A DNA stretch of 59,734 nucleotides from a virus (Duplodnaviria; Caudoviricetes): positions 1-59,734 of the IMG/VR virus record IMGVR_UViG_3300008267_000087. One strand, written 5' to 3'. The notes under the pieces were generated by a model. It worked only from the letters and a program-made list of their open reading frames with translations, did no database searches and was not told where the DNA came from. The translations under genes were made by a program, and so were the position numbers. Positions 1 to 10,463 of this stretch are shown piece by piece (within the stretch, counting starts at the first letter, position 1; each line of letters begins with the position of its first letter).

Positions 1-228
1 GGAACATCAGGTAGCTCAGGTTCTTCAGGAACATCAGGTTCAAGTGGTTCATCAGGTAGCTCAGGTTCTTCAGGTTCAAGCGGTTCTTCGGGAACTTCAG
101 GCAGCTCAGGTTCTTCGGGAACTTCAGGCAGCTCAGGTTCTTCAGGAACATCAGGCTCAAGTGGTTCTTCAGGTTCATCTGGTAGCTCAGGTTCTTCAGG
201 TTCTTCAGGTTCTTCAGGTTCTTCAGGA
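1..228 (+). repeat. Coding tandem repeat, 9-nt period (GGT TCT TCA-like), encoding (G-S/T-S)n
   Basis: Directly visible ggttcttca/ggtagctca/ggaacatca units. Confidence 0.95.
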
Positions 229-711
229 ACAACAACAATTACAAACGCGACAGATAATAGAGTTATGACATCTGCGGGTGGTGTAACATTAAATGCTGAA
301 ACAAACTTTACATTTGATGGTACAACTGCATATATTGCTGGTGCATTGGGAGTGGGTACATCAACACCAACAACGGTTGGTTTGATTAGGGCAACAAATG
401 ATGTAATCGCGTACTATGGTTCGGATGAAAGATTAAAAGAAAATATCTTTACAATATCGGGTTCTTTAGATAAATTAATACAAATACGTGGAGTTGAATT
501 CGATTGGAGAACAATGCCAGGTATACATGAGAATGAAGGACATGACATTGGAGTAATAGCTCAAGAAATCCAAAAGGTTTTACCTGAAATTGTAACAACA
601 AGAGATAATGGTTACTTGGCGGTAAAATATGAAAAAATAGTTGCTTTATTGATAGAATCAAATAAAGAGTTATTAAAAAGAGTTGAGGCTTTAGAAGAAA
701 AAATAAAATAA
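1..711 (+). CDS. Tail fibre/spike C-terminal part (5'-partial): G-S-S/G-T-S triplet repeat followed by a peptidase S74 intramolecular chaperone domain
   Basis: Frame 1 is open from base 1 (GTSGSSGSSGTSGSS...) into the 265..711 ORF. SDERLKENI, GVEFDW, HDIGVIAQEIQKVLPEIV and YLAVKYEKIVALLIE are S74 hallmarks. Confidence 0.88.
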   Translation, partial: GTSGSSGSSGTSGSSGSSGSSGSSGSSGSSGTSGSSGSSGTSGSSGSSGTSGSSGSSGSSGSSGSSGSSGSSGSSGTTTITNATDNRVMTSAGGVTLNAETNFTFDGTTAYIAGALGVGTSTPTTVGLIRATNDVIAYYGSDERLKENIFTISGSLDKLIQIRGVEFDWRTMPGIHENEGHDIGVIAQEIQKVLPEIVTTRDNGYLAVKYEKIVALLIESNKELLKRVEALEEKIK

Positions 712-768
712 TTAAATTTAAAATACCCATTAAATAAAAATAATGGGTATTTATAAAAAAATACAAAT

Positions 769-1005
769 ATGGGTGTTTTACCGGGTACAGGAACCGAAAT
801 TAGCTTGGGAAGAATGGCGGCAGCTATAGGAGTCGTAGCAACTAGCACAACACAAGTTGCATTAAATGCACAAGTTGGTACCGCACGTAATAGAACCAGA
901 GGTGCTGGTGGGGACGCTCAAGGATTTCAAACAAGTATCGCATCAGGTTCGGCTACAAGAGAAGGTACGGATTTTGGTGGGTTAACAACTAACAACAACT
1001 ATTAA
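769..1005 (+). CDS. Small tail-fibre-associated protein (putative)
   Basis: N-terminal LPGTGTEISL resembles the 'LPxSGxISL' start of fibre-tip proteins; adjacent to the fibre; TATTTATA upstream. Confidence 0.5.
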   Translation: MGVLPGTGTEISLGRMAAAIGVVATSTTQVALNAQVGTARNRTRGAGGDAQGFQTSIASGSATREGTDFGGLTTNNNY

Positions 1006-1041
1006 TTTTACATTTTCACCTTTTTTTCTTATATTATACGT

Positions 1042-1485
1042 ATGAATCTTACGTATAAAAAATATCCTACAAAATACGAATTACAATACGTTAAATGGAA
1101 TGGTATTCAATTTGATAAGGAAAGACTTATTAAATTTATAAAACGTTTAAAATTCACCCGTTTTTTATCCTTTATCCCCTCTTTTAATCAAGAATATAAA
1201 ATTTTAAATGATATTTTAAATTCATATGATTTAGAAGTTATCAATGGATTATTAAATAATGATGAAACAATATCACGAATGTGTTTTATCGAAAAATGGG
1301 CAAGAATAGCATCGGTAGATATTTTACTTAATCAAATATTTTCAAGAACAACGTACACAACAATCAGTAATTTACCTTATAAAGATTTCCAATTAGTTAT
1401 GAGGAGGGCAGATGAGTTAATTAAAATGGGACAAAAAATTACGTATCAAAAAGATAACATAACCGACAACATTCCAGGAGTATGA
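1042..1485 (+). CDS. Hypothetical protein
   Basis: 147 aa ORF coupled (ATGA overlap) to the next gene. Confidence 0.7.
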   Translation: MNLTYKKYPTKYELQYVKWNGIQFDKERLIKFIKRLKFTRFLSFIPSFNQEYKILNDILNSYDLEVINGLLNNDETISRMCFIEKWARIASVDILLNQIFSRTTYTTISNLPYKDFQLVMRRADELIKMGQKITYQKDNITDNIPGV

Positions 1486-2117
1486 AAAATTCAATAAATA
1501 ATAGTTCCGTATGGGTAGCAAAACCAATAAAACTTGCCATCTTAGTACCAACGAGAGATATGGTACATACACATTTTGCATATTCATTAACACAATTAGT
1601 AAAAACAACTTCAGAGGTTGGAATTGATACGTATCTTTATTTCGATTCGAGTACAATTTTACTAAACCAAAGAGAAAAATTAATAGATGAAGCGATTAAA
1701 ATGGAGGCTGATTATGTGTTATGGTTAGATAGTGATATGATGTTCCCATCTAACGTTGTTTTAAAGCTACTGGCTCACAACAAAGATATTGTTGCGTGTA
1801 ATTACATGAAACGTTCATTACCCATGAAAACAGTTGCATATACCGATTTAAATGATTGGGATAGTTGGGTTCCTATGGAACCGCAAGAAGAACTTGTTAA
1901 GGTTAAGGGGATTGGAATGGGATGTATTCTAATGAAAACAGATGTGTTTAAAAAATTAGAAAAACCCTATTTTGAATTTAGATTTAAAGAAGACACCAAA
2001 GATTGGTTTGGCGAAGATTTTATCCTACAAGATAAGATTCAAAAAGTAGGTTACGAAATATTTGTCGATACCATGCTTAGTATGGAAATAAAACATGTTG
2101 GGATATACGCCTTTTAA
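1482..2117 (+). CDS. GT-A fold glycosyltransferase-like protein
   Basis: LWLDSDM (DxD), GMGCILMK and GEDF motifs. Confidence 0.8.
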   Translation: MKNSINNSSVWVAKPIKLAILVPTRDMVHTHFAYSLTQLVKTTSEVGIDTYLYFDSSTILLNQREKLIDEAIKMEADYVLWLDSDMMFPSNVVLKLLAHNKDIVACNYMKRSLPMKTVAYTDLNDWDSWVPMEPQEELVKVKGIGMGCILMKTDVFKKLEKPYFEFRFKEDTKDWFGEDFILQDKIQKVGYEIFVDTMLSMEIKHVGIYAF

Positions 2118-3220
2118 AATTTGTTCTTAACCTCAACCGTCCAGTTACCTATTCGGTGTATACCAATTTCATATTTAGGTAAATTCATTCTAATTACTTT
2201 AATATAATTTAAATCTTCAATTGTTAACACATCTCCGTAAGTAAGAACAACATCAACATTATCAACATCTTCAAATTTAGATTTTAAATCAAATCTAGTG
2301 GTTAATTGTTCACTCTCTATATAATCGTCAACTAACTCTGTTGTCGATATTTTATCAACAAATGGTTCAATAGATAAAAAGATGTTTTTATGATTAGATA
2401 TTAAACCTATTTTATAGTAATTATATTTAAAATCTTCAACCGATTGATATTTTATTACATTAATAAAAGTACTCAATTCCATTCCCCATTTTCTAACAAA
2501 ATTTCTATTAGAGCACAATTCAATCTCATCTCTTTTGTCTTTTATATCTTCACTGTATCTTGATGTCTGAGAAACAAAATGATATGTAATCGCAGAACCA
2601 CAAGTTTTTAATTCATACCCCATTAATTTTGCACGAATTAAAAAATCATCGTCTTCACAAAAACAAGGAAAGAAATTTAAACCATCAAATCCATTTAAAT
2701 TTAAGAATGTTTTTTTATATGCACTCATAAAGAATACCGCACCATCATGTAATGTGTCATCGTTTTTATATTTCTGAACGTATTCATTAAATTCTAATGT
2801 TTTAAAATTATCAAACCCGCTACCTAAATCCAACAATACTTTACCAGAACGTTTATGATCGACAAAAATTGGAGGTTCAATTGTGGTATAAGACAAAATC
2901 ATATTCTCAGTCAATAAACGTTCTAAAGCTTCTAAGAATCCTTCTCCGATAACCATATCGTTATGAATAAGAACTAATTTTTCGGTATCAACCAAATCAA
3001 TTCCCGCGTTATATGTTTGTGAGAATGTTAATCTATCATCATCGTGAAAGAATGATAAATTCTCATCTTCTAACGATTCTAACCATTCTTTTGTTCCGTC
3101 ACTTGAACCACCGCTACTAATAACCAATGGCGCATTTGGATACACTTCACGAAGTTTTTTGTAACATCCCTGTGTTAAATTTAATTTATTGTAAGCTGCT
3201 AATACAAATGTAATATCCAT
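2114..3220 (-). CDS. Glycosyltransferase family 2
   Basis: VLAAYN, GSSDGT, IHNDM, GFD..F..CEDDDF, YHFVS. Confidence 0.88.
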   Translation of the reverse strand: MDITFVLAAYNKLNLTQGCYKKLREVYPNAPLVISSGGSSDGTKEWLESLEDENLSFFHDDDRLTFSQTYNAGIDLVDTEKLVLIHNDMVIGEGFLEALERLLTENMILSYTTIEPPIFVDHKRSGKVLLDLGSGFDNFKTLEFNEYVQKYKNDDTLHDGAVFFMSAYKKTFLNLNGFDGLNFFPCFCEDDDFLIRAKLMGYELKTCGSAITYHFVSQTSRYSEDIKDKRDEIELCSNRNFVRKWGMELSTFINVIKYQSVEDFKYNYYKIGLISNHKNIFLSIEPFVDKISTTELVDDYIESEQLTTRFDLKSKFEDVDNVDVVLTYGDVLTIEDLNYIKVIRMNLPKYEIGIHRIGNWTVEVKNKF

Positions 3221-3226
3221 TTATTT

Positions 3227-3970
3227 TTATTTTTTTTCCATGTCGTTAGTAATAAACATTTTTTCGGTTCTATCTTTATATACTAAATTATCTTCATTAT
3301 TTGATTTAACTTGTCCGATTAAACCGCTATACTCTGCTGCGCCCCATTTGTCAAACATTTGTTGAAATGAAGCAGCATCCAATCCTGAAGTTTGTGGATG
3401 AGGATAAGATATATTGTCTTCCACAAACTTCTTTCTGTTAAAAGTTACTTGAGAACCATCAACCCTACAAACACAATTTATTGGTACCTTCCATTGATTT
3501 GTAAAATAACTTAAATCTTTTCTTTCAGCACCAGCTAAATAAGATTCTCGCAAACCATCGTATAATACCATGTTATGATAAAAATAATGCTTGTCCTTAT
3601 TTTGTTCTTTATTTAAAAATACATTTAATTTAGTTAAAAAATGCGGATAAATTGCATCATCGTCACAAAGAATAATTACATGATCAGCATCACTTTGTCT
3701 AATTGCTTCGGTTAAATATTTACCATGTATACTTCCACCCTGTTCTTTTTTTTGTTCAACTGTATTGTCAATGTAATCAAATTTAAATTTATCAATAATA
3801 CTTGAACAAACATCCCTAACAATAGGTTCTGCTCTGTTTTTTGAGCCGTCATCAATTAAATGAACTTCAAATTCTGGATAAGCAATGTCTAAAATAGATT
3901 TCAATGCGTTTGAGATAACTTTAGGTCTTTCATAATAAACTAAAGCAATTAAAAATTTATTAATTTTCAT
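3227..3970 (-). CDS. Glycosyltransferase family 2
   Basis: YERP, LIDDGS, LCDDD. Start placed at MKINKF (3970). Confidence 0.82.
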   Translation of the reverse strand: MKINKFLIALVYYERPKVISNALKSILDIAYPEFEVHLIDDGSKNRAEPIVRDVCSSIIDKFKFDYIDNTVEQKKEQGGSIHGKYLTEAIRQSDADHVIILCDDDAIYPHFLTKLNVFLNKEQNKDKHYFYHNMVLYDGLRESYLAGAERKDLSYFTNQWKVPINCVCRVDGSQVTFNRKKFVEDNISYPHPQTSGLDAASFQQMFDKWGAAEYSGLIGQVKSNNEDNLVYKDRTEKMFITNDMEKK

Positions 3971-3971
3971 A

Positions 3972-4550
3972 TTATAAATCGTTTTTTGGTGTATACGATA
4001 CGTTACAAATGCCACCGTAATTTTTTATTCTATCTAAATTAATCCAGTCCTCTTTTAGTATTCCAATATAGATACTATCAAGATATTGCCCACACTTATG
4101 AATTGATTTTCTTCTTATACCCTCATGTTTAAAACCAGCATATTCTGCGGACTTAATACTAGCTAAATTATTTTCGAGTATTTCACCATCAATCCTATTC
4201 ATATTTAAAACTTCAAACGCAAAGTCAGTACCCGCACAAAGAACGGGTTTTGAAAATCCCTTACCTCTATGTTCTTTAAAAACATCATGAGAAGAATCAT
4301 AGGTTCTATTATACCAATCAATATTTTGTATTTTATATAACCCAACTTCGTTTTGTGTGGTAGTGTCGATAGCAATTAAAATTAAATGGGTATGCCTATT
4401 CAAAGATTCAAACCATTTTTCTTGTTCATTATCGTTTAATAAAGTGATGTTGTGTGTACCAAACCAAGATTCATTTTTCAAATCTTTTAATTTTGGTAAG
4501 TCGCTTTTTTCTAATTTGCGTAACGCAATTCCGTTTTTGTGTATGTACAT
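3972..4550 (-). CDS. GNAT N-acyltransferase (RimJ/RimL/PseH-like)
   Basis: LRKLEKSDL, HRGKGFS, NLASIK..E..GFKHEG..R. Confidence 0.85.
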   Translation of the reverse strand: MYIHKNGIALRKLEKSDLPKLKDLKNESWFGTHNITLLNDNEQEKWFESLNRHTHLILIAIDTTTQNEVGLYKIQNIDWYNRTYDSSHDVFKEHRGKGFSKPVLCAGTDFAFEVLNMNRIDGEILENNLASIKSAEYAGFKHEGIRRKSIHKCGQYLDSIYIGILKEDWINLDRIKNYGGICNVSYTPKNDL

Positions 4551-4559
4551 AAAATTGAT

Positions 4560-5204
4560 TTATAATCCCCCGTCTATTCTTAAATTTGTACCAGAAACAT
4601 ACTCATTTTCTACGATATAATCAATAGTGTTATAAAGTTCTTCAAGTCTTCCGAATCTTTTTAATCCAATCTTTTCTTTAGCCATCTCTTGATACTTCTC
4701 ATCTACTCTATAACACATACCACCATCCCAATAACCTAATTGAATTGAATTACAGGTGACACCAAACTTCACATTTTCTTTATTGGCATTACTTATAAAT
4801 CTATCAACAAATGCTTTTGATGCGCAGTAAATTGAATTTTTTGGAACATTAAGTTCAGAAAATACAGAAGATATTGAAATAATTCTACCATATCCTTTTT
4901 CAATCATTTTAGGTAAGCAAGAAGACACAATATTAATGTTTCCTCTTATATTAACATCAATCATTTTATTTATACCCTCTTGATCATCTTGATTAATTTT
5001 ACTTAAAAACGCGTCGTATTTACTTCCACTCATGTTCAATACAACATCAAATTCATTCTCACTAAAGTACTCGTGAACATCACTAAATGACGTTACATCA
5101 ACGTCTTTACTACCAACTGCTGTAACTATGTACTTCTTTTCCAAAAATGGAATTAGTTTACTACCTAATCCACCAGTACCACCAAATACGATTATTTTTT
5201 TCAT
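4560..5204 (-). CDS. Short-chain dehydrogenase/reductase (FabG-like)
   Basis: GGTGGLG, YCASK (YxxxK), GRIISISS, C-terminal YVSGTNLRIDGGL. Confidence 0.88.
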   Translation of the reverse strand: MKKIIVFGGTGGLGSKLIPFLEKKYIVTAVGSKDVDVTSFSDVHEYFSENEFDVVLNMSGSKYDAFLSKINQDDQEGINKMIDVNIRGNINIVSSCLPKMIEKGYGRIISISSVFSELNVPKNSIYCASKAFVDRFISNANKENVKFGVTCNSIQLGYWDGGMCYRVDEKYQEMAKEKIGLKRFGRLEELYNTIDYIVENEYVSGTNLRIDGGL

Positions 5205-6136
5205 TTAATATATTTTAATACACAAACACCATACGTCCAACCCGAACCAATTGCGGGCATGACAAGTATATCGCCATTTTTAATTTTATCTTGTTTATGT
5301 AAACTATCTAACGCCATGGGTATCGACGCACCCGCCGTGTTAGCAAATTTAGTCATATTAAACACTATTTTCTCAACAGGGAAATCAAGCAATTCAGCAG
5401 TTTTTAATAGAACTCGATGTCCAGGTTGATGCGGTACAATCCACGCAACGTCTTCTTTAGGTATATTTAATTTTTCTAACGAACTTTTAATAGTTGAAGG
5501 TAAAACACTTGTACCAAAATCATAAACAGCTTTACCATCCATTTTAAATGTACCCGAATGATGACAAGTGAACGCTTCCTTACCATTAGCATCACCATAT
5601 AAATCAGTACTCATCCATCCGTCTTTTACTTCAGATAAAATAACCGCACCTGCACCATCACCAAAGAAAACACAATCCCTTCTTTTCCAATCAGTTATTC
5701 TTGAATAAGCATCGGCACCAATTACTAAAATATTTTTATATTGTTTGGTACTAATTAAACTTGAAGCCATTTGTAAACCATATACAAATCCAGTACAAAC
5801 TGCATTCACATCAAATGCAGGTTTCTTAATGTCTAATCTCTTAGCCATAATAATCGCAGTAGATGGTGAAATTCTATCAGGACTTGAGGTTGCAACAATA
5901 ATTAAATCAATTTCTTCTTTATCAATACCAGCATCTTTAATCGCAGCAACAGCAGCATGATAAGCCAAATCAGAAGGCAGTTCATTTTCAACAACTCTTC
6001 TTTCCACAATTCCTAATTTTTCTTTAGTCCATTCAGCATCGGTGTCACCACCCATTAAATCAATATCTTCATTTGTTAATATTTTTTCAGGAGCGTAAGA
6101 ACCAATACCAATTATACCAATATTTTCTATTTTCAT
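5201..6136 (-). CDS. fabH: 3-oxoacyl-ACP synthase III
   Basis: AVCTGF (catalytic C), FGDGAGA, VPHQP (H) and ANTAGASIP (N) triad. Confidence 0.93.
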   Translation of the reverse strand: MKIENIGIIGIGSYAPEKILTNEDIDLMGGDTDAEWTKEKLGIVERRVVENELPSDLAYHAAVAAIKDAGIDKEEIDLIIVATSSPDRISPSTAIIMAKRLDIKKPAFDVNAVCTGFVYGLQMASSLISTKQYKNILVIGADAYSRITDWKRRDCVFFGDGAGAVILSEVKDGWMSTDLYGDANGKEAFTCHHSGTFKMDGKAVYDFGTSVLPSTIKSSLEKLNIPKEDVAWIVPHQPGHRVLLKTAELLDFPVEKIVFNMTKFANTAGASIPMALDSLHKQDKIKNGDILVMPAIGSGWTYGVCVLKYIK

Positions 6137-6138
6137 AG

Positions 6139-7023
6139 TTAACCTTTTACTATTTTATGTTCTCTTATATTTTTATTCGTTAAATCTTTTTCCGCAAATT
6201 TACCTTTCCACACTTCCGAAAACATCGGCGAATAGTAAACATCACAATCGTCATAATAATAGTGTGTAACTTGTGAGTATCTTGTGCTATTTGGATCTCT
6301 AATGATGTCACCACCATGTATTAAATTAGCTGACCATATTAAAGCCTGTCCCTTTTTACAAATTAATGGCTTAGTTTCTAATTTACCAATAGCAACTAAT
6401 TGCCTAATAAATTCTTCATATTCCGCATAAGATTCAAATTGATCGTCAAAGTTTGCACATTTTAATTTTAAATCATAGAAATCAAAAATTGGCATTTTAT
6501 GTGAACCAGGTACGTAGATTAACGAACCGTTATCCATCGTCATATCTTCTAACGCTACCCAAACAGCACTTAACCATCTGTGTGGCATTGAATCAAAATG
6601 TATAGTGTCGCTATGTAGCGGCTGATTAGAACCATAATTAAACGTAATCGTTTGAAATGGATATGGTTCTCTTTTATATAACATTTTTAAAGTTTCAGTA
6701 ACTTTCGGATGAACAGCTAATGATAACAAAGATTCACATTCCTTCCACGCTTCAAATACTCTTTTCCCTTGGGAATAATGATATCTTGGGTTTTGTATAT
6801 TAGCATCATCTTTATTGTTTAAAAAATTAACATCAGTTTTACATTGTTCAATTTCTTCATCAGTTAAATTTAAATCTATTACAACATAACCATCCTTATT
6901 ATATTTTATTGCTAATTCTTTTTGTTCATCCGTTAATTCTTGATGTTTAATCAACTCATTAAAAAATGGCGATTCCACCCACGGCCAGTTCATTTCTTCG
7001 GAATTTTCTTTATAGTTTTTCAT
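6139..7023 (-). CDS. Phytanoyl-CoA dioxygenase (PhyH)-family Fe(II)/2OG oxygenase
   Basis: LHSD (HxD), WVALED..NGSL.YVPGSHK, LIHGG, TRYS. Confidence 0.88.
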   Translation of the reverse strand: MKNYKENSEEMNWPWVESPFFNELIKHQELTDEQKELAIKYNKDGYVVIDLNLTDEEIEQCKTDVNFLNNKDDANIQNPRYHYSQGKRVFEAWKECESLLSLAVHPKVTETLKMLYKREPYPFQTITFNYGSNQPLHSDTIHFDSMPHRWLSAVWVALEDMTMDNGSLIYVPGSHKMPIFDFYDLKLKCANFDDQFESYAEYEEFIRQLVAIGKLETKPLICKKGQALIWSANLIHGGDIIRDPNSTRYSQVTHYYYDDCDVYYSPMFSEVWKGKFAEKDLTNKNIREHKIVKG

Positions 7024-7026
7024 ATT

Positions 7027-7923
7027 TTAATATTCAACAAATTTAGGGTTGTGTGGTTTATATTTTTTTCTAAATAAATTACCCACATTGCTTTTAGAAA
7101 CAATGTCTTCCACCTCTTCCTCATCAACCATATCACCATCTTCTAATATAATGGCATCATTAATTTCACCAACAATATAGATAAATTCTTTTTTTAAATT
7201 TTCACTACTAAAAAATTTCTGATAATTTTCATGTAAATTTTTATTTTTACAATTAGCAGGTAGTTCCGAATAATCAGGATGATTAGTCAATTCTAAACCC
7301 CCGTAAACTAAAAAATTAGAATTAAATAATGTTTCATATAGTTGAAGTTCACCATATGCGGCATTCTCACTCATTTTTCCTCTAAAATTACATTTAGAAT
7401 TTTTACCATATATTTTTTTAAAGTGTTCAGTCGATGTTAAACCAATACTACCACCAGAATGCTTAGGGAAAGAACCATTATGTGTTGTAATTGGTGCCAA
7501 GCAAACATACCCCAATGATTTATCACTGTCTAAATGATTGACAAAGTCGTTCATATAACCTTCTTTATAAATTATATGATCATCTTCAGAAAAAAACCAA
7601 TAATCATATTCATCGGAAAACTTTTCAAACGCATCAAAATATGCACCAAACGAACCTCCGATGTTTTTTCTGTGATTAACGATGATTTTTCCGTTTCTGG
7701 TTAATACCCCGTTAAATCTATCAATTTTTTTATCTATTTTTGGGTTTCCGCAATCGTTGTTAATAATAATTAAATCCGTATCTATCTTATTGTCAATAAC
7801 AATTTCGTTTAAAATATTCCTTTCCAAATATGACATCATGTTTATTGGGTTATTAAATAAACCGCTCCTTCTTGGACCTAAGTAAGTACAAATAACCTTA
7901 GCAACTTTTTTAACCTTCTTCAT
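7027..7923 (-). CDS. Putative glycosyltransferase-like protein
   Basis: NIGGSFGAY and YWFFSEDD (GT-A-like acidic motif); located in the glycosylation operon. Confidence 0.55.
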   Translation of the reverse strand: MKKVKKVAKVICTYLGPRRSGLFNNPINMMSYLERNILNEIVIDNKIDTDLIIINNDCGNPKIDKKIDRFNGVLTRNGKIIVNHRKNIGGSFGAYFDAFEKFSDEYDYWFFSEDDHIIYKEGYMNDFVNHLDSDKSLGYVCLAPITTHNGSFPKHSGGSIGLTSTEHFKKIYGKNSKCNFRGKMSENAAYGELQLYETLFNSNFLVYGGLELTNHPDYSELPANCKNKNLHENYQKFFSSENLKKEFIYIVGEINDAIILEDGDMVDEEEVEDIVSKSNVGNLFRKKYKPHNPKFVEY

Positions 7924-7943
7924 ATTTTATAAATATCCTAAAA

Positions 7944-9125
7944 CTACCATCCCTTTTTAATACAGTCCACAATATATTCTCTATCTTCTTCACTTAACCA
8001 CCAACCAACGGGAATTGAAATAACTTTACCAATAGTCTTATCTAAATTAGGCAATAAAGAACGGAATTCTTTAACACAAGTATGTATATCATTTCTTTCA
8101 TGTACTTGAGATACTGCAATACCGCATTCCTTCATATACTTCATAAAATCACCCTTTCTTTCAACAAGTAAGGAGTATATCCAAAACGCACTTTCCATGT
8201 CAGGATTACGCTCTAATAGGGTTACACCAGGTACATTATTTAGATTATCATCATAATACTTAGCATTTGATTTGTGTTTACCGACAATCTCATCAAGATG
8301 TTTAAAGTTCTCAATACCAATTGCGGCGTTTACATCGTTCATGTGAAATTTAAAACCCCATTCTTCAATATCCGCTTCACATCTAAAATCTTTTCTTGGA
8401 CTATCCCTATCAATACCATACCATCTTAATAAACGCGCTCTTCTATTAAGTTCTTCGTGAGGTAAAAATAATAACCCACCATCCACAGATGTGATATGTT
8501 TAATCGCTTGTAATGAGAAAGTACAAATGTTACCATGTGTACCAATTAACTTACCTTTATACTTACTTCCCATGGAATGAGCACAATCTTCGATTACCGC
8601 AGGTTTAAACCCATACAAACGCATAGATTTTTCTTGTATTTCTCTTAGTCTATCTAAATCATTTGGATAGCCACCCCAATGTACCACCATGATAGCTTTT
8701 GTATTTTTGGTAATTTTTCTTTCCAAATCATCCATGTCCATGTTTAGAGTCTTCGGATCGATATCAACCCACTTGATTTTGAAATTATTAGCCAATATAG
8801 GCCAATTCGTTGCGGTGCAAGTTAATGCTGTGGTTAAAACCTCATCACCATCATTCATCCCAACCCAAACGTTATCTCTAACACCATAACCATCGGCTTT
8901 GGTAAATGATCTAGGTTTCTTGATTAAATGAAAGGCTAAATGTTCGCAAGATGTTGCTGAATTCAATGTGGAAATGTAGGGATGTTGGAAATAATTTGCC
9001 AATGTGTTCTCAAACTCATCAACAACCGGACCTTGTCCGATGAATCCACTGTTTAATACTTTAGATACCTTTTCAGCTGCGGTATCAGCCATAAAAACTT
9101 TAAATAAGGGTATTTCTTTTTTCAT
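7944..9125 (-). CDS. DegT/DnrJ/EryC1/StrS sugar aminotransferase
   Basis: VHWGG, IEDCAH, FSLQAIKHITSVDGG (PLP lysine), GFKFHMNDVNAAIG. Confidence 0.93.
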   Translation of the reverse strand: MKKEIPLFKVFMADTAAEKVSKVLNSGFIGQGPVVDEFENTLANYFQHPYISTLNSATSCEHLAFHLIKKPRSFTKADGYGVRDNVWVGMNDGDEVLTTALTCTATNWPILANNFKIKWVDIDPKTLNMDMDDLERKITKNTKAIMVVHWGGYPNDLDRLREIQEKSMRLYGFKPAVIEDCAHSMGSKYKGKLIGTHGNICTFSLQAIKHITSVDGGLLFLPHEELNRRARLLRWYGIDRDSPRKDFRCEADIEEWGFKFHMNDVNAAIGIENFKHLDEIVGKHKSNAKYYDDNLNNVPGVTLLERNPDMESAFWIYSLLVERKGDFMKYMKECGIAVSQVHERNDIHTCVKEFRSLLPNLDKTIGKVISIPVGWWLSEEDREYIVDCIKKGW

Positions 9126-9147
9126 AGTATAATATAATTAATTTTTT

Positions 9148-9759
9148 TTATAATTTATAATAATTTGCAACAAAATCCAAATTATTTTCATAATTTATTT
9201 TTTGTATTATTACTTGGTATCCAATAAAGATGACTTGAATATGTTTTTCATAAGAAGCTATAAATGAATCTACAGCAGTTTTTACTTGAAGGTGCTTCTC
9301 TTGTTCCCAACCACCGCCGTAATCGTCAAAAACCATTATTCCGTGATTTTTTAAACAATAGAATGAATTAACGGCATCTTCTAAAACATATCTTGACATG
9401 TGATTACCATCAATATAGACAAAATCTAAAAATTCTTTTGTTTTCCCATAGTGATTAAATGTTTTAAAACTATTATTAGATTCACCATTAATCAGAGTAA
9501 CCCTATCACCATAAGGTTGTATGTTATTTTCAATATATTCATTTGTATTGATGTCCATAATGTAATGGTGAGAATTTGGATTTTTACAAAATTCTTCAAG
9601 TATATAAACTGAAGAACCACCATAAAGAGCACCAATCTCTAAACAGGTATTGGTTCGTTCTTTAAAGTAACCAAAAAAGCTTTCCCATAAATCTATGTTA
9701 TCACTAAAAAAGATTCTTTCATCGGGATATTTGAAATGACATGGATAAGTGTAACTCAT
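9148..9759 (-). CDS. Class I SAM-dependent methyltransferase (Methyltransf_24-like)
   Basis: LEIGALYGGS, DFVYIDGNH, VFDDY. Confidence 0.85.
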   Translation of the reverse strand: MSYTYPCHFKYPDERIFFSDNIDLWESFFGYFKERTNTCLEIGALYGGSSVYILEEFCKNPNSHHYIMDINTNEYIENNIQPYGDRVTLINGESNNSFKTFNHYGKTKEFLDFVYIDGNHMSRYVLEDAVNSFYCLKNHGIMVFDDYGGGWEQEKHLQVKTAVDSFIASYEKHIQVIFIGYQVIIQKINYENNLDFVANYYKL

Positions 9760-10376
9760 ATTTTACTATAAAAATTGTTTTGTATTCTTTGTCGCTCAAT
9801 ATTTTTATGATGTGCTATGCAATATTCTTCATCGAGAGGTAAGGATGAGAATACACTACCACCAATAATTCTTTCGTGTACTCTTCCATACCATCCCATG
9901 CTTTTACGGTATATACGTCCTTGAAAATCGGGGAAGTTAACCCAACCCTTTTCGTTTAATTTCCATCCCCATTTTTGAATATCATCTTCTGTAATATCAC
10001 TAACAGTGTTAATTCTAGGAACAAAGTATAAATCAACCTTAGGATTTACTTCTAAAATGCTGTGTAAATTTTCAACCATATACTGACTTATCATTTCATC
10101 GGCGTCTATTTGGAATATGTAATCACCTTTACAATAGCTATTCAATAGATTCTTCCAGTCCGCAAAATTTTTATCAAAATCAAAACTTCGCCAAGTTTGA
10201 ACATTCGGTAATTTATTATAAGGTAATAAAAAATCTAATACTCCAGAGTCTCCATTATTTTCATCATATAAAATTACAATCTCATCTTGTAATCTCTTGT
10301 ACTCCAGTATGAATGGTACTAATTTTTTTATCTCCGTCAATTCGTTGCAAACTGTTATCGCGTAACTGATTTTCAT
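9756..10376 (-). CDS. Glycosyltransferase family 2
   Basis: ISYAITVCNE, FQIDADE, VPRIN, FPDFQGR, VHE. Confidence 0.87.
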   Translation of the reverse strand: MKISYAITVCNELTEIKKLVPFILEYKRLQDEIVILYDENNGDSGVLDFLLPYNKLPNVQTWRSFDFDKNFADWKNLLNSYCKGDYIFQIDADEMISQYMVENLHSILEVNPKVDLYFVPRINTVSDITEDDIQKWGWKLNEKGWVNFPDFQGRIYRKSMGWYGRVHERIIGGSVFSSLPLDEEYCIAHHKNIERQRIQNNFYSKI

Positions 10377-10463
10377 ATGTTTTTTTAATTTCGTTTATTG
10401 TTAATTCTTCACATTGCCAACACCACTCTTTATCTTCGGTGTCCCATTCATGTCTATTACATT

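Noticed and set aside
44-268. 74-aa ORF with QVLQ repeats
   Set aside because: Off-frame shadow of the G-S-S repeat; frame 1 is open and continuous with the S74 domain.
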